From Obrimoposthia wandeli (Eukaryota): a DNA stretch of 64,000 bases. The translations under genes and the position numbers were made by a program. The first letter of the stretch is position 1; each line of letters starts with the position of its first letter. The notes beneath the pieces were generated by a model, which saw only the letters and a program-made list of their open reading frames with translations, ran no database searches and was not told where the DNA came from. The stretch spans positions 62,001 through 126,000 of the forward strand of contig CDROCS010002834.1 in NCBI GenBank assembly GCA_977020255.1. The letters run 5' to 3'. Positions 8,254 to 21,548 of the stretch are shown here, piece after piece.

Positions 8254-10875
8254 TTACAGTTTTTCAGTTAACCAAGGAGTAACCGATTCAAGAGCCGCAG
8301 GTAATGCCGCTGCATCTGTGCCGCCAGCCTGAGCCATGTCAGGGCGACCGCCACCTTTACCACCAACTTGCTGGGCAACCATGTTAACAAGCTCACCTGC
8401 TTTTACTTTGCCAGTGAGGTCTTTCGTTACACCAACGATCAAGCCAACTTTATCGCCACTCACATTACCAAGTACGACGATACCGCTGCCTAACTTATTT
8501 TTTATTTCATCTAGCATGCCACGCAGTGCTTTATTGTCAGCACCATCAAGTTGAGTGATCAATACTTTCACGCCATTGATTTCTATCGCTTGATCAAGCA
8601 AACCTGCACTTTCCTGCGCGGCAAGCTTATCTTGAAGCTGCTGAATATCTTTTTCTAATTGCTTGCTGTGTGCCAGTAATGCGCTCACTTTTTTCGCAAC
8701 AGAAGCAGCATCAGATTTAACAATACTTGCCGTTTCAGATAGCAATGCTTCTTGTGCATGTAATGCATCAATAGCCGCCGCACCCGTTACCGCTTCAATA
8801 CGGCGAATACCAGCAGCAATACCACCTTCAGAGGTAATCTTGAATAAACCAATATCACCGGTATTTTTAGCGTGAATACCACCACATAGCTCAGTTGAAA
8901 ACTCACCCATGCTTAGTACGCGCACTTCATCATCGTATTTCTCGCCAAACAGTGCCATTGCACCTTTTTGCTTAGCAGATTCAATATCCATGATGTTGGT
9001 GTCGATACTGTGGTTTAAACGAATTTGTTCATTAACAACATGTTCGATTTCACGTAATTGCTCTGGCTTAACAGCTTCAAGGTTAGAGAAGTCAAAACGC
9101 AGTGCATCAGGCTTAACTAATGAGCCTTTCTGAGCAACGTGTTCACCAAGCAGGTTACGTAATGCAGAGTGCAGTAAGTGTGTTGCTGAGTGGTTCAATG
9201 TAATCGCAGTACGACGGGCTACATCAACTTGAGCTTCAAGTTTATCACCAACGTTTAGAGCACCTTGTACAAGTGACCCTTGATGACCGATTGCAGCGCC
9301 GAATTTTTGCGTATCAGACACATTAAACACTGTGCTTTCTGCTGTAAGAACACCGGCATCACCACACTGACCGCCAGATTCGGCATAGAACGACGTATTA
9401 TCAAGAATGATTAATGCGTCTTCACCAGCAAGAATGCTATCAACCGCTTCACCATCACGGTAAAGCGCAATGATACTACTTTGTGCTGCTGTGCCTGTGT
9501 AACCACAGAATTCAGTGTTCGCGTCTACTTTGATTGATTCATTGTAATCAACACCAAACTTACCCGCTTCGCGCGCACGTTGACGTTGTGCTTCCATCGC
9601 ATTGTTGAAGCCTTCTTCATCAATGGTGAAATCACGCTCACGAGCAACATCGTTGGTTAAATCGGCAGGGAAACCGTATGTGTCATACAGTTTAAAGACT
9701 GTTTCGCCATCAAGCTCTTTGCCGCTTAAGTTATCTAAAGCATCATTCAAGATTGTCAAACCACGGTCAAGTGTACGACCAAAGTTGTCTTCTTCGATCT
9801 TCAATACTTTTTCAACAATCGCTTGTTGTTTCTTCAGCTCTTCACCAGCAGTGCCCATGATTTCAGCTAAAGGACCCGCTAGCTTGTAGAAGAACGCACC
9901 GGTTGCGCCTAATTTATTACCGTGGCGCACTGCACGACGAATAATACGGCGAAGTACATAACCACGGCCTTCGTTTGACGGCATAACACCATCAACGATT
10001 AAGAAAGCACAAGAACGGATGTGGTCAGCCACAACACGCAATGATTGATTAGACAAATCTTCGTAACCAATCACTTCTGCAGACTTTTTAATTAGAGTCT
10101 GAAAGATATCAATTTCATAGTTAGAGTGAACGCCTTGCATAATCGCAGCAATACGCTCAATACCCATACCTGTATCAACAGAAGGCTTAGGTAACGGCTC
10201 CATTGTACCGTCAGCTTGACGGTTAAATTGCATAAATACGTTGTTCCAGATCTCGATAAAACGGTCACCATCTTCTTCTGGTGTACCAGGGCGACCGCCC
10301 CAAATGTGCTCACCGTGATCATAGAAAATTTCAGTACAAGGGCCACAAGGACCAGTGTCACCCATCTGCCAGAAGTTGTCCGACGCGAACGGTGCACCCT
10401 TGTTGTCGCCAATGCGTACGATGCGATCGGCAGGGATACCCATTTCTTTATTCCAGATGGCGAATGCTTCGTCATCTGTTTCATAAATCGTGACCAATAG
10501 GCGATCTTGAGGCAAGCCCAATACATCCGTTAAAAATTCCCAAGCATACTTAATCGCATCTTGCTTGAAATAATCACCGAAGCTGAAGTTACCCAGCATT
10601 TCAAAGAAAGTATGGTGACGGGCAGTAAAGCCAACATTTTCTAGATCATTGTGCTTACCACCGGCACGTACACAGCGTTGAGCAGTTGTCGCTCGAGTGT
10701 AGCTGCGCTTTTCAATACCTAGAAAAGTATCTTTAAATTGGTTCATACCTGCATTGGTAAACAACAACGTTGGGTCATTGGCAGGTACAAGAGAAGAGCT
10801 CTCCACTATTTGGTGGCCTTTGCTCTCAAAAAACGCTAGAAACGCACGGCGAATCTCATCAGTGCTCATGTACAT
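8254..10875 (-). CDS. alaS: Alanine--tRNA ligase (start moved to MYMSTDEIR, 873 aa)
   Basis: [33 protein letters not shown], editing motifs HSATHLLH and ELCGGIH, C-terminal GGKGGG. Confidence 0.98.
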   Translation of the reverse strand: MYMSTDEIRRAFLAFFESKGHQIVESSSLVPANDPTLLFTNAGMNQFKDTFLGIEKRSYTRATTAQRCVRAGGKHNDLENVGFTARHHTFFEMLGNFSFGDYFKQDAIKYAWEFLTDVLGLPQDRLLVTIYETDDEAFAIWNKEMGIPADRIVRIGDNKGAPFASDNFWQMGDTGPCGPCTEIFYDHGEHIWGGRPGTPEEDGDRFIEIWNNVFMQFNRQADGTMEPLPKPSVDTGMGIERIAAIMQGVHSNYEIDIFQTLIKKSAEVIGYEDLSNQSLRVVADHIRSCAFLIVDGVMPSNEGRGYVLRRIIRRAVRHGNKLGATGAFFYKLAGPLAEIMGTAGEELKKQQAIVEKVLKIEEDNFGRTLDRGLTILNDALDNLSGKELDGETVFKLYDTYGFPADLTNDVARERDFTIDEEGFNNAMEAQRQRAREAGKFGVDYNESIKVDANTEFCGYTGTAAQSSIIALYRDGEAVDSILAGEDALIILDNTSFYAESGGQCGDAGVLTAESTVFNVSDTQKFGAAIGHQGSLVQGALNVGDKLEAQVDVARRTAITLNHSATHLLHSALRNLLGEHVAQKGSLVKPDALRFDFSNLEAVKPEQLREIEHVVNEQIRLNHSIDTNIMDIESAKQKGAMALFGEKYDDEVRVLSMGEFSTELCGGIHAKNTGDIGLFKITSEGGIAAGIRRIEAVTGAAAIDALHAQEALLSETASIVKSDAASVAKKVSALLAHSKQLEKDIQQLQDKLAAQESAGLLDQAIEINGVKVLITQLDGADNKALRGMLDEIKNKLGSGIVVLGNVSGDKVGLIVGVTKDLTGKVKAGELVNMVAQQVGGKGGGRPDMAQAGGTDAAALPAALESVTPWLTEKL

Positions 10876-11049
10876 TGGGAAATCCTGAATAGATGCTTTA
10901 TAGAAACCAGAATTATCGCTTTTAAGCGATAGTATCGGACTAAGATAAAATTTTTGGCGGTCATTGTAAAACAACCACTGTGGATACGGGAAATATTATG
11001 TTAAAAATTAGCGTAAATAATGGCATCTAGCCGCTAAATGTGGGGTTAA

Positions 11050-11172
11050 TTACAGGGAGGAGGTTATATGATCGCTGTTAGACCCAATAGTTATAATTGA
11101 ATTCAGGTCACCATCATCACGAATATTCAATGCGTAACTTATTTGTTCTGACTTCAACTCTCAATTTGTCAT
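11050..11172 (-). pseudogene. Probable recX relic (41 codons, internal TGA)
   Basis: MTN*ELKSEQISYALNIRDD... at the usual recX position between recA and alaS; EQISYAL resembles the C-terminus of Vibrio RecX as I recall it. Confidence 0.4.
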
Positions 11173-11189
11173 ATTAAATCCCAATAAAC

Positions 11190-11226
11190 AAAAAGCGGGC
11201 TTTGTATTATATACAAAGTCCGCTTT
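11190..11226 (-). terminator. recA terminator
   Basis: AAGCGGACTTTGTAT-ATA-ATACAAAGCCCGCTT followed by Ts. Confidence 0.75.
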
Positions 11227-11290
11227 CTTATTCATTTATGAGGCTGTTCAAGAAGAGATCTATCTTCATGTTACAGCGGCTTCATCACTC

Positions 11291-12352
11291 TTATTTTAGC
11301 GCTTCAGCTGCATCTTTTTTTGAACCTGATTTCTTTGCATCAGTTTCTTTTTCTTCTAACACTGCTGGTGATAACAACATGTCACGCAGTAGTTTTTCAA
11401 TTTCTTCAGCAATAGCTGGGTTTTCAACTAGGTGCTTACAAGAGTTAGCCTTACCTTGACCAATCTTATTACCTTTATAGCTGTACCAAGCACCTGCTTT
11501 TTCTACTAGCTTATGCTTAACACCTAGGTCAATTAGTTCACCATTACGGTTAAAACCTTGACCATAAAGAATTTGAGTTTCAGCCTGCTTAAACGGCGCG
11601 GCAATTTTATTTTTAACAACCTTGATGCGTGTTTCGTTGCCAACAACTTCATCACCATCTTTAATTGCACCAGTACGGCGAATATCAAGACGAACAGATG
11701 CGTAGAACTTAAGGGCATTACCACCAGTAGTCGTTTCTGGGTTCCCAAACATCACACCAATTTTCATACGAATTTGGTTGATGAAGATACACATACAGTT
11801 TGATGTCTTCAGACTACCTGTTAGTTTACGCATTGCCTGACTAAGCATTCTCGCCTGTAAGCCCATGTGCGAATCGCCCATCTCACCTTCAATTTCAGCT
11901 TTCGGTGTCAGAGCGGCAACGGAATCGACTACAATCAGATCCACAGCACCAGAGCGAGCCAGTGCATCAACGATTTCCAGAGCTTGTTCACCAGTATCAG
12001 GTTGAGAACACAATAATTGGTCAATATCTACACCAAGCTTCTGCGCATAGATTGGATCAAGAGCGTGCTCGGCATCGATGAAAGCGCAAGTCTTGCCTGA
12101 ACGTTGCGCAGACGCAATGGTTTCAAGCGTTAACGTTGTTTTACCCGATGATTCAGGGCCGTAAACTTCCACCACGCGACCCATTGGAAGACCGCCAGCG
12201 CCCAGTGCAATATCAAGCGACAGGGAACCTGTAGAAATAGTTTCAATGTCCATTGTGCGGTTGTCGCCCAACTTCATGATTGAACCTTTACCAAATTGCT
12301 TTTCAATCTGGCCTAACGCTGCGGCAAGAGCCTTCTGCTTATTATCGTCCAT
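11291..12352 (-). CDS. recA: Recombinase RecA (start at MDDNKQKAL, 353 aa)
   Basis: Walker [32 protein letters not shown]; GGAG ribosome-binding site upstream of ATG 12352. Confidence 0.99.
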   Translation of the reverse strand: MDDNKQKALAAALGQIEKQFGKGSIMKLGDNRTMDIETISTGSLSLDIALGAGGLPMGRVVEVYGPESSGKTTLTLETIASAQRSGKTCAFIDAEHALDPIYAQKLGVDIDQLLCSQPDTGEQALEIVDALARSGAVDLIVVDSVAALTPKAEIEGEMGDSHMGLQARMLSQAMRKLTGSLKTSNCMCIFINQIRMKIGVMFGNPETTTGGNALKFYASVRLDIRRTGAIKDGDEVVGNETRIKVVKNKIAAPFKQAETQILYGQGFNRNGELIDLGVKHKLVEKAGAWYSYKGNKIGQGKANSCKHLVENPAIAEEIEKLLRDMLLSPAVLEEKETDAKKSGSKKDAAEALK

Positions 12353-12406
12353 TCGACTCTCCAACGGATGCTTAAATGAAATTACTGAATTTGCTTAATG
12401 ATGATC

Positions 12407-12434
12407 AGTATACTGTCTATTCATACAGTGTCTA
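12407..12434 (-). promoter_or_regulatory. recA promoter with LexA (SOS) box
   Basis: Minus strand TAGACA-CTGTATGAATAGACAG-TATACT; a CTGT-N8-ACAG box (12413-12428) fills the -35/-10 spacer as in E. coli recA. Confidence 0.9.
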
Positions 12435-12490
12435 GCGCTGTGTGATATTTTTTTTATCTTTATACTTAGCCTGAAAATAACAAGGTACTA

Positions 12491-12982
12491 TCAAGCAATC
12501 GTAACAAGTCGCAGAAGCATGCCAGATAACGATTTCTCAATCGCTTGCTCTCTTACAGCGTTGCGATCACCATCAAATAAACACGTTTCAGTATGCAGCC
12601 ATCCCGTTTTATCTGCCCAAGCAAAGCATACTGTACCAACAGGTTTCAATGCTGTACCACCACCAGGGCCTGCTACACCACTGATAGCAACACTGATATT
12701 GGCATTAGAATTATCTAAAGCACCTTTGGCCATTTCCATTACAACGGATTCACTGACTGCACCATGCTCAACTAATGTCTCTGCCTGCACATTAATCATT
12801 TGCTGTTTGGCTTCATTACTGTAAGTCACAAACGCGCGATCAAACCACGCAGAACTGCCTGCTATTTCAGTAATCGCCATCGATACACCACCACCCGTGC
12901 ACGATTCAGCCGTTGTTGCTACCCAGCTCTGCTGCGATAGTGCCGCACCCAATTGTTCAGCCAGATCCAGTATCCTATTCAT
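12491..12982 (-). CDS. pncC: Nicotinamide-nucleotide amidase (CinA C-terminal family)
   Basis: TAESCTGG, GSSAWFDRAFVTYSNEAK, SGVAGPGGG; upstream of recA. Confidence 0.92.
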   Translation of the reverse strand: MNRILDLAEQLGAALSQQSWVATTAESCTGGGVSMAITEIAGSSAWFDRAFVTYSNEAKQQMINVQAETLVEHGAVSESVVMEMAKGALDNSNANISVAISGVAGPGGGTALKPVGTVCFAWADKTGWLHTETCLFDGDRNAVREQAIEKSLSGMLLRLVTIA

Positions 12983-13165
12983 CTCTCCATCCTTATTCTG
13001 TTAGCTGCACAATAAAAGTTATTTCATATCCATATTATTGAAAATCACCTTTAACATATTTTTCGTAAGCCCCCCTAAATAACCGGAACGATTGTCAACT
13101 TACTCGCTTGATCGTAAATTCCCCGTATTGATACTTTTCCGGCTAGTCTGATTCACGTATCCTTA

Positions 13166-15775
13166 GTGCCAGAATTTAATCCAGCAGCAACAGTAGGCAA
13201 TAACGTGACAGTAAAAGGTTTAGAAACACACACACCCATGATGCAGCAATTCTTACGCATTAAAGCTGAAAACCCTGACACTCTACTGTTCTATCGCATG
13301 GGTGATTTCTACGAACTCTTTTTTGATGATGCTAAAAGAGCGTCTCAACTACTAGATATTACGCTGACTAAGCGTGGTTCATCAAATGGTCAACCCATTC
13401 CGATGGCAGGCTTACCCTACCATGCTGTGGAAGGGTATTTAGCAAAGCTAGTTCAACAAGGTGTGTCTGTCGCTATTTGTGAGCAAATTGGCGATCCAGC
13501 AACAAGCAAAGGGCCTGTAGATCGTCAGGTTGTACGCATTGTGACACCGGGTACGGTCAGTGATGAGGCGCTATTAAGCGAACGCCGAGATAACTTAGTG
13601 GCGGCTATTTATCAAAATAGCAAAGGCTTTGGCTACGCCACACTCGATATTACCTCGGGTCGTTTCATGCTCTCAGAGCCTGAAACTGAAGAAGCAATGC
13701 AAGCAGAGTTGCAACGCACTAGTCCTGTAGAGCTGCTGTACCCTGAAGACTTTACGCAAATGCACATGATTAATGCCATTAAGGGGACACGTCGTCGCCC
13801 TATTTGGGAGTTTGACCTCGATACTGCACGTCAACAATTAACCATGCAATTTGGTACTCGAGACTTAATTGGCTTTGGTGTCGACAAAGCGGAACGTGGG
13901 TTATCTGCAGCTGGGTGTTTACTGCAATATGTGAAAGATACCCAACGTACTGCCTTGCCCCATATTCGTGCCATTACCTTAGATAGCAAAGATCATTCGG
14001 TTATTTTAGATGCTGCGACACGCCGTAATTTAGAACTGACCCAAAACTTATCCGGTGGCTTTGAGAATACCTTAGCATCGGTACTTGATCAGACTGCCAC
14101 TGCGATGGGTAGCCGCTTATTAAAGCGCTGGTTACATCAACCTATTAGAGATACCAAGCAACTTAATCATCGCTTAGATGCTATCGCCGCATTTAAAGAT
14201 ACAGGCATGTTTATAGAGGTTGCTGAAGTACTCCATCATATGGGCGATCTAGAACGTATTTTAGCGCGATTAGCACTGCGTTCTGCACGTCCTCGTGATT
14301 TAGCCCGTATGCGTAGCGCATTACAATCTCTGCCCCAGCTAGCCGATTTATTGGCTGATATTGAGCAACCCCGTATCGGCGAGTTGGCGAAATCTTCTGC
14401 GCCAATGGACGATCTGTGCGAACTGCTTGAACGAGCGATTATAGAAAATCCACCCGTTATTATTCGCGATGGTGGCGTATTATCACCTGGCTATAACGCG
14501 GAATTGGATGAATGGCGCGACCTTGCGGATGGGGCGAAAAAATTCCTTGATGATCTCGAAACGCGTGAACGAGAGCAACATGGCATTGATAGTTTAAAAG
14601 TGGGCTTTAATCAGGTTCACGGTTTCTTTATCCAAATTAGCCGAGGACAAAGCCATTTAGCGCCAGATCACTATGTACGTCGTCAAACACTAAAGAATGC
14701 TGAACGCTATATTATTCCTGAGCTAAAAGAACACGAAGACAAAGTGCTTAACTCTAAATCTAAAGCGCTAGGTCTAGAAAAGAAACTGTGGGAAGAACTG
14801 TTTGATCAGTTATTACCTCACCTAGAGCAACTACAAAATACGGCAAGTGCTTTAAGTGAATTAGACGTATTAGCCAACCTTGCGGAACGTGCTGACACCC
14901 TGAATTATTGCCGACCAGAATTAACCGACCAAACGGGTATTGAGATAACTGCGGGTCGTCACCCGGTGGTTGAACAAGTACTGAGCGAACCGTTTATTGC
15001 TAACCCAATATCTCTTCACCATGATCGCCGCATGTTAATTATTACGGGTCCAAACATGGGCGGTAAATCGACCTACATGCGTCAAACAGCTCTTATTGCT
15101 CTTATGGCTCACGTTGGTTCGTTCGTGCCAGCAGAAGCCGTTAAAATAGGTTCTCTGGATCGTATTTTCACTCGAATTGGTGCCTCTGATGATTTAGCGT
15201 CTGGCCGTTCTACCTTCATGGTCGAGATGACTGAAACCGCTAATATTCTTCATAATGCAACAAGCAAAAGTTTAGTCCTGATGGATGAGATCGGCCGTGG
15301 TACCAGTACCTATGATGGCCTTTCATTGGCATGGGCAAGTGCTGAATGGCTAGCTGAAAAAATCTCAGCGATGACCTTATTTGCGACCCATTACTTCGAA
15401 TTAACAGAATTACCTTCCATGATGGATGGTTTAGCCAATGTCCATTTGGATGCGGTTGAACACGGCGATGAAATTGCTTTCATGCACGCCGTGCAAGAAG
15501 GGGCGGCTAGTAAATCTTATGGATTGGCCGTTGCCAGCTTAGCGGGGGTACCTAAAGCGGTTATCAAACGTGCCAAAGCTAAGCTAACCCAGCTAGAAAA
15601 AACCGGTCACCAACAAGCGATAAAAAACCCATCAAAAGTACCGAGGGAAGAACAGCAGCTTACTTTGCTTCCTGAACCGAGTGACGTTGAAGAAGCACTC
15701 GCTAAAGTCAATCCAGACGAGATGACACCACGCCAAGCATTAGACGAGCTGTACCGATTAAAGGCATTGATGTAA
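13166..15775 (+). CDS. mutS: DNA mismatch repair protein MutS (start uncertain)
   Basis: [42 protein letters not shown]. Confidence 0.98.
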   Translation: MPEFNPAATVGNNVTVKGLETHTPMMQQFLRIKAENPDTLLFYRMGDFYELFFDDAKRASQLLDITLTKRGSSNGQPIPMAGLPYHAVEGYLAKLVQQGVSVAICEQIGDPATSKGPVDRQVVRIVTPGTVSDEALLSERRDNLVAAIYQNSKGFGYATLDITSGRFMLSEPETEEAMQAELQRTSPVELLYPEDFTQMHMINAIKGTRRRPIWEFDLDTARQQLTMQFGTRDLIGFGVDKAERGLSAAGCLLQYVKDTQRTALPHIRAITLDSKDHSVILDAATRRNLELTQNLSGGFENTLASVLDQTATAMGSRLLKRWLHQPIRDTKQLNHRLDAIAAFKDTGMFIEVAEVLHHMGDLERILARLALRSARPRDLARMRSALQSLPQLADLLADIEQPRIGELAKSSAPMDDLCELLERAIIENPPVIIRDGGVLSPGYNAELDEWRDLADGAKKFLDDLETREREQHGIDSLKVGFNQVHGFFIQISRGQSHLAPDHYVRRQTLKNAERYIIPELKEHEDKVLNSKSKALGLEKKLWEELFDQLLPHLEQLQNTASALSELDVLANLAERADTLNYCRPELTDQTGIEITAGRHPVVEQVLSEPFIANPISLHHDRRMLIITGPNMGGKSTYMRQTALIALMAHVGSFVPAEAVKIGSLDRIFTRIGASDDLASGRSTFMVEMTETANILHNATSKSLVLMDEIGRGTSTYDGLSLAWASAEWLAEKISAMTLFATHYFELTELPSMMDGLANVHLDAVEHGDEIAFMHAVQEGAASKSYGLAVASLAGVPKAVIKRAKAKLTQLEKTGHQQAIKNPSKVPREEQQLTLLPEPSDVEEALAKVNPDEMTPRQALDELYRLKALM

Positions 15776-15803
15776 TCCGTTTAACCGTTAAAAATTAGAT
15801 AAT

Positions 15804-15832
15804 AAAAAAGGACGCATTAGCGTCCTTTTTTT
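15804..15832. terminator. Bidirectional terminator between mutS and rpoS
   Basis: A6-GGACGC-ATTA-GCGTCC-T7. Confidence 0.85.
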
Positions 15833-15909
15833 GTTTCTTACATTTCTAGAATAAATGACAAAAGGTGTAGCAAAATGGGCTCATTTATTTCAACAAAAAC
15901 ATAATCAAA

Positions 15910-16914
15910 TTATTGCGCACCTTGATTAAACAACGACTCAATATTCAGTCCTTGGTGGGTCAACATATCACGTAAACGACGTAAGCCTTCAACTTGAATT
16001 TGACGAACACGTTCGCGAGTCAAACCAATTTCACGACCAACATCTTCCAAGGTTGATGCTTCATAGCCAAGTAAACCGAAACGACGAGCAAGTACTTCGC
16101 GTTGCTTAGGGTTCAGTTCTTGTAGCCACTGAACGATGGAGTTTTTGATGTCGTCATCTTGCGTTGATGATTCAGGGCTTCCCCCTTTTTCATCAGGAAT
16201 AATATCAAGTAACGCTTTTTCAGAATCACCACCAATCGGATTGTCGACCGAGCTAACACGTTCATTCAAACGTAGCATGCGATTAACATCATCAACGGGT
16301 TTCTCTAATTTCAGTGCGATATCTTCTGCAGTAGGTTCGTGATCAAGCTTTTGAGCAAGTTCACGTGCAGTTCTTAGGTAAACATTCAGTTCTTTTACAA
16401 CATGGATGGGTAAGCGGATGGTGCGGGTTTGGTTCATGATCGCGCGTTCAATTGTTTGGCGGATCCACCACGTTGCATAAGTCGAAAAGCGAAAGCCTCT
16501 TTCTGGATCAAATTTTTCAACCGCTCGAATAAGCCCGAGGTTACCCTCTTCCACCAAATCAAGCAAAGCAAGACCACGGTTACTGTATCGGCGGGAAATT
16601 TTAACCACTAAACGTAAATTACTCTCGATCATACGCTTACGTGCAATTTCATCACCGCGTAATGCTCGGCGTGCATACAAGACTTCTTCTTCTGCCGTTA
16701 GCAGTGGTGAAAAACCAATTTCACCAAGGTAAAGTTGTGTTGCATCAAGCGCTTTTTGCGGCGTTCCATATTTAGAAACATCGACATCATCATTCAAGCT
16801 TTCTTCCGACTCAGCTTTAGTACTCGCTGCTGCCGCATCAGCTACTGCCTCGATATCAATATCTTCATCAAGGTTTAATGTCTCAGTTTTTTTTGCTGTG
16901 CTGCTTCTACTCAT
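15910..16914 (-). CDS. rpoS: Sigma factor RpoS (start at MSRSSTAK)
   Basis: [46 protein letters not shown]; downstream of nlpD; GGGAGG RBS. Confidence 0.97.
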   Translation of the reverse strand: MSRSSTAKKTETLNLDEDIDIEAVADAAAASTKAESEESLNDDVDVSKYGTPQKALDATQLYLGEIGFSPLLTAEEEVLYARRALRGDEIARKRMIESNLRLVVKISRRYSNRGLALLDLVEEGNLGLIRAVEKFDPERGFRFSTYATWWIRQTIERAIMNQTRTIRLPIHVVKELNVYLRTARELAQKLDHEPTAEDIALKLEKPVDDVNRMLRLNERVSSVDNPIGGDSEKALLDIIPDEKGGSPESSTQDDDIKNSIVQWLQELNPKQREVLARRFGLLGYEASTLEDVGREIGLTRERVRQIQVEGLRRLRDMLTHQGLNIESLFNQGAQ

Positions 16915-16966
16915 AGCGCCTCCCAGATGGCGAGTTAGCAAGACATTACAACTTCTCTATGTCATT

Positions 16967-17881
16967 CTATTTTTTGGGCAAATACCGCATTGGATCAACG
17001 GATTTACCTTTATAACGAATTTCAAAATGTAACCGAACACTGCTTGTACCCGAGCTTCCCATTGAAGCAATCTTCTGCCCGGCTTTTACTGTTTGCTGCT
17101 CTTTCACAAGCACTTTATCGTTATGGGCATAAGCACTAAGATAATCATCACTATGCTTAATAATGATGAGATTACCGTAACCACGAAGTGCGTTACCGGC
17201 ATAAACTACTCGACCATTCGCTGATGCAGCAACCGTTGCACCACGTTGACCGGCAATGTCTATACCCTTATTCCCATTTTCAGAATTTGAAAACGTTTCA
17301 ATAACACGCCCATTATTTGGCCAGTTCCAACCAGCGACCTTGTTACTGACTACTGGTTTTTTTGTTGCTGAATTGTTACTTTTCGCTACTTTTTGAGAGT
17401 ACTCCTTTGTGCGATCTTGTTCAACTTTTTTATTGGCTGTTTTTTGCTCAATTTTCTGTTGTTGCGCAGGAGGCTTGGGTTTTGTTTTATTCTGTTGAGC
17501 AGCAGGTTTAGATTTAGCTGTTGTTTTTACTGGGGGTTTAACAACAGCGATACCAGTCGCACTTCCGTATTTTGGTGCTACATATTTCGAATTCCAAAGA
17601 TCAAGTTTTTGACCAGGATAAATCGTATAAGGGTATGACAATTTATTCTGAGCGATTATTTCTTTAACTTCTTTGCCCGTTACATAAGAAATAAAATAAA
17701 GTGTATCGCCTTTTTTAACTCGATAGTAACTACCGCGAAAGCTAGCACGATCGACTTGCGAGTAATCTTTATTAAGGCTAGAAACCGGAGCTGGCGTGTG
17801 ACTACTACAGGCAGACAACAGCAGCAGACAAGCTGCAACTGAGGTTATACGCCATATGCTTCCCTTCACACGTTGCTCCAT
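16967..17881 (-). CDS. nlpD: Lipoprotein NlpD (LysM + M23 domains)
   Basis: Lipobox LSAC, LysM (VKKGDTLYFIS), M23-like (NKGIDIAG, YAHN, LHFEIR). Confidence 0.93.
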   Translation of the reverse strand: MEQRVKGSIWRITSVAACLLLLSACSSHTPAPVSSLNKDYSQVDRASFRGSYYRVKKGDTLYFISYVTGKEVKEIIAQNKLSYPYTIYPGQKLDLWNSKYVAPKYGSATGIAVVKPPVKTTAKSKPAAQQNKTKPKPPAQQQKIEQKTANKKVEQDRTKEYSQKVAKSNNSATKKPVVSNKVAGWNWPNNGRVIETFSNSENGNKGIDIAGQRGATVAASANGRVVYAGNALRGYGNLIIIKHSDDYLSAYAHNDKVLVKEQQTVKAGQKIASMGSSGTSSVRLHFEIRYKGKSVDPMRYLPKK

Positions 17882-17885
17882 CACT

Positions 17886-18515
17886 TTATGCTAAATCTCC
17901 GGCAACCAAGGGCACAAATCTTACGGCTTCAATATCTTGAAAAACAAACTGTTCGCCATTACGAGTAATCTTTTTTAATACTTGTAAATCGTCTCCCACA
18001 GGAATAACCAACCGCCCACCCTCTGTAAGCTGTGCCAGTAATTCTATCGGCATCTCTTCTGCGGCTGCGGTTACAATAATGGCATCAAATGGGCCTTTAT
18101 TATGCCAGCCTTTCCATCCGTCGCCATGTTTAGTCGATATATTATGGAGGTCTAATTGTTTTAGTCGGCGTTTAGCTTGCCATTGTAGTGCTTTAATACG
18201 CTCTACTGAATACACATGATCAACTAATTGGGCGAGTACCGCGGTTTGGTAGCCCGATCCTGTTCCAACTTCCAACACTCGTGATTGTGCCGTTAGCTCA
18301 AGTAATTCCGTCATCTTACCGACGATATAAGGTTGAGAGATGGTCTGTCCGCTACCGATGGGTAATGCATTATTCTCATACGCTTGGTGAGAAAAAGCTT
18401 CATCTATAAACAGCTCTCTTGGAACACTGGTTATTGCATTGAGTACTTTTTCATTTCGAATACCATGACGTTGCAAAAAAACCATCAAGTTATGTCGTTC
18501 TTTCGCGTAGCGCAT
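17886..18515 (-). CDS. pcm: Protein-L-isoaspartate O-methyltransferase
   Basis: [30 protein letters not shown]. Confidence 0.96.
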   Translation of the reverse strand: MRYAKERHNLMVFLQRHGIRNEKVLNAITSVPRELFIDEAFSHQAYENNALPIGSGQTISQPYIVGKMTELLELTAQSRVLEVGTGSGYQTAVLAQLVDHVYSVERIKALQWQAKRRLKQLDLHNISTKHGDGWKGWHNKGPFDAIIVTAAAEEMPIELLAQLTEGGRLVIPVGDDLQVLKKITRNGEQFVFQDIEAVRFVPLVAGDLA

Positions 18516-18517
18516 CC

Positions 18518-19267
18518 CTATTGTTTCTCCACTTCATTCATCCATAACTCAACACTCTCAAGATCATCATGTGCCGTTAAATCAACCTGTAACGGAGTAA
18601 TCGACACCGCGTTTTGCTCTACAGCATGAAAATCCGTGCCTGGTCCTGCATCTTGGCATGCCCCTGGTGGGCCTAACCAATATAATACTTTTCCTCTAGG
18701 ATCCACATCTTTAACCATCTGTTCTGCACGATGGCGGGCACCTAAACGTGTCACTTTCCAGCCAGTTAATTCAGCAAAAGGAATATCAGGTACATTGATA
18801 TTCAATATCTTATTTTTAGGTAACGGCTTCTCTAGCAAATTCATAACCATACTTTTTACCACTTGCGCAGCAGTATCAAAATGTGTTGTGCCCACCAATG
18901 AAATAGCAATCGCAGGTACACCTAAGAAGTGCCCTTCTGTAGCGGCTGCAACCGTACCTGAGTACAGTACATCATCGCCCAAATTAGCCCCGTGGTTAAT
19001 GCCTGCCACCACAATATCTGGTCGATAATCTAGCCATTCATTCAATGCAAAGTGCACACAATCTGTCGGTGTTCCATCGACAGAAATACGCCTTTCACCC
19101 TCTTCACGAATGCGAAGGGGGTAATCGAGCGTTAATGAATTCGATGCGCCAGAGCGATTTCGATCAGGTGCAACGACAGTCACTTCCCCCAGTTCACTTA
19201 ACACTGTCGCTAATGTGTTAATGCCCTCGGCAAAAATGCCATCATCATTACTGATCAATATTCGCAT
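18518..19267 (-). CDS. surE: 5'/3'-nucleotidase SurE (start at [10 protein letters not shown])
   Basis: NDDG motif, [15 protein letters not shown]. Confidence 0.96.
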   Translation of the reverse strand: MRILISNDDGIFAEGINTLATVLSELGEVTVVAPDRNRSGASNSLTLDYPLRIREEGERRISVDGTPTDCVHFALNEWLDYRPDIVVAGINHGANLGDDVLYSGTVAAATEGHFLGVPAIAISLVGTTHFDTAAQVVKSMVMNLLEKPLPKNKILNINVPDIPFAELTGWKVTRLGARHRAEQMVKDVDPRGKVLYWLGPPGACQDAGPGTDFHAVEQNAVSITPLQVDLTAHDDLESVELWMNEVEKQ

Positions 19268-20318
19268 GCGTACTACCTTCTTGTTCGACAAGTAATTCTC
19301 TGACGACTGATGTTGCAAAACAACCGGCAGGTAACGCAAATGATAATACAACATCATTGCCATCAAACTGCCATTCCATCTCTTGCGGTTTCAGTAATAA
19401 AGTACGACGTTCATGGCGCATTCGATTATCACGGATCAACTTCAGTAATGAAGGTTCATTAGCAATAATGGCTAACTCAAAAGCCTCTGCATCTGCAGTT
19501 GTCGGTAATGCATTATCGCCTACTAAAGGAGCGGTAATGTTAACAAGTCCCTTATCAATACTAGCTTGCAATTCTTCGGTAATAGATTCGGCAAGGAAGC
19601 AATTGTCTTCACCGGCATTTTGAAGGCAATCACCAACCATTAGCGAATTCACGCTGCCTTGTTCAATACGGGTTGATAACACCATATTAAATAGCCATGA
19701 ACGTGCTGCTGATAGGTAAAAGCTACGTTTACTTTTATCACGTAAGCGGAACTCGTCATTGCCCCAGCTACGGGCTTTAATCACATTATTACCACCGTGA
19801 CCAAAACGTTGCTGACCAAAATAATTTGGTACACCGTGCATCTTTACTTGTTCTAGTTTTAAGGCTAATTCTTCAGCGTTGGTTAGATCGAGTAAGCGAA
19901 TCTGGAACCAGTTACCAACAAGATCACCCGGTCGTAATTTTTTGTCATGACGTGTTGTTTCGAGTACTTCAATTCCTGGATGCTCAGCAACAAACTCTGT
20001 TAAATCAGGATCTGCCTTACCCGGTAAGTGAACACTGATCCATTGCTCAGTCACAGCATGGCGATCTTTAAGACCTGCCCAACTCACATCTCGTGATTTA
20101 ACACCGCAAGCCTTCGCAAGTTCATTCACTACATATTTGGTATTTTCACCCACTTTGCGGATCTTTACCATGAAGTGCTCGCCTTTGCCTGCGAACTCAA
20201 AGCCTAAATTTTCTTTTACAATAAAATGCTCTGGCAGTGCTTTAATTTGCCCCTGACATGTTGGTTTTTCATATAGCCAACAAAAATTATCCATTACATT
20301 CAGCATATTATCAGACAT
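19248..20318 (-). CDS. truD: tRNA pseudouridine-13 synthase
   Basis: [42 protein letters not shown]. Confidence 0.95.
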   Translation of the reverse strand: MSDNMLNVMDNFCWLYEKPTCQGQIKALPEHFIVKENLGFEFAGKGEHFMVKIRKVGENTKYVVNELAKACGVKSRDVSWAGLKDRHAVTEQWISVHLPGKADPDLTEFVAEHPGIEVLETTRHDKKLRPGDLVGNWFQIRLLDLTNAEELALKLEQVKMHGVPNYFGQQRFGHGGNNVIKARSWGNDEFRLRDKSKRSFYLSAARSWLFNMVLSTRIEQGSVNSLMVGDCLQNAGEDNCFLAESITEELQASIDKGLVNITAPLVGDNALPTTADAEAFELAIIANEPSLLKLIRDNRMRHERRTLLLKPQEMEWQFDGNDVVLSFALPAGCFATSVVRELLVEQEGSTHANIDQ

Positions 20319-20331
20319 TACAACACCGTCA

Positions 20332-20805
20332 TTATTGAGCATTAATTAGTACTACCGCTTCGCAAGCAATGCCTTCTTTGCGCCCAGTAAAACCGAGGCG
20401 TTCTGAAGTTGTCGCTTTAACATTAACATTGCCGATATCTGTTTCTAAATCTTCGGCAATCGCTTGGCACATCGCATCAATATACGGGGCCATTTTAGGG
20501 GCTTGGGCAATGATGGTTACATCAAGATTACCAAGACGATACCCTTTATCTTTTACTTTACTATAAACTTCTCGCAGTAAAAAACGGCTATTAGCCCCTT
20601 TCCACTCTGCGTCTGTATCTGGGAAGTGACGTCCAATATCACCCGCACCAATTGCGCCTAACAAGGCATCACAAATCGCATGAAGTGCAACGTCGCCATC
20701 GGAATGAGCAATAAGACCTTGATCATAAGGAATAGCAACGCCACCAATAATGACTGGTCCTTCACCACCAAACTTATGTACATCAAACCCGTGTCCAATT
20801 CGCAT
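20332..20805 (-). CDS. ispF: 2-C-methyl-D-erythritol 2,4-cyclodiphosphate synthase
   Basis: [33 protein letters not shown]. Confidence 0.97.
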   Translation of the reverse strand: MRIGHGFDVHKFGGEGPVIIGGVAIPYDQGLIAHSDGDVALHAICDALLGAIGAGDIGRHFPDTDAEWKGANSRFLLREVYSKVKDKGYRLGNLDVTIIAQAPKMAPYIDAMCQAIAEDLETDIGNVNVKATTSERLGFTGRKEGIACEAVVLINAQ

Positions 20806-20810
20806 CAGAT

Positions 20811-21527
20811 CTATTCCTTCATTAATTGTTCTAAGTAGAAACCAGCCAAGGCTAGATCTTCAGGTTGAGTCACCTTAAGATTATCTGAACGCCCTTTTAC
20901 TAGCTGTGGAATATACCCACAATACTCCAGAGCCGACGCTTCGTCGGTAATAACCGCACCTTCTTTGAGTGCGTGTTGTAATGAATCTTTGAGTTGTTTC
21001 ACTTTAAACATTTGCGGTGTAAGGGCATGCCAAAGGTTATTGCGATCAACGGTTGATACAATACCCTGTTGCCCATTAATTTGTTGGCAACCTCGCTTCA
21101 TTGTATCGCGAACCGGAGCCGCAAGAATCGCCCCACTGTCACTGCGTATCGCTACATCAATGAGCTGTTCTAGGTCATTAAGGCGAACACAAGGACGAGC
21201 AGCATCATGAACCAACACCCAAGCATTTTCATCATCAATTGCGGCTAAACCAGCAAACACAGAGTCTGCACGCTCGGCACCGCCATCCACCACGGTAATA
21301 CGTGGATCATTAGCCAGTGGAAGTGATGCAAAATAAGGATCCGTTTGGCTAATCGCAATAATCACCCGTGTAATCGCAGGGTGACTAAACAAACGATCAA
21401 TAGTGTGTTCTAAAATTGTTTTACCCGCGATATGCAAATATTGCTTAGGGCGATCAGCCGCCATACGGCTACCAATACCAGCAGCAGGAACAACGGCAGT
21501 AAGTTGTTGAGTCATAGCAGAATTCAT
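20811..21527 (-). CDS. ispD: MEP cytidylyltransferase
   Basis: [25 protein letters not shown]. Confidence 0.96.
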   Translation of the reverse strand: MNSAMTQQLTAVVPAAGIGSRMAADRPKQYLHIAGKTILEHTIDRLFSHPAITRVIIAISQTDPYFASLPLANDPRITVVDGGAERADSVFAGLAAIDDENAWVLVHDAARPCVRLNDLEQLIDVAIRSDSGAILAAPVRDTMKRGCQQINGQQGIVSTVDRNNLWHALTPQMFKVKQLKDSLQHALKEGAVITDEASALEYCGYIPQLVKGRSDNLKVTQPEDLALAGFYLEQLMKE

Positions 21528-21548
21528 TTTGAGTTAAAATTTAGGTGA

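Noticed and set aside
10876-10974. N-terminal extensions given by the ORF track for alaS (also surE, rpoS, nadB, rlmD, recA, DUF134, NifX-like)
   Set aside because: Homology begins at downstream Met codons that have better RBSs; starts were shortened.
15776-15909. Variable island between mutS and rpoS
   Set aside because: The gap is only 134 bp with one bidirectional terminator; nothing is inserted, unlike in many enterobacteria.
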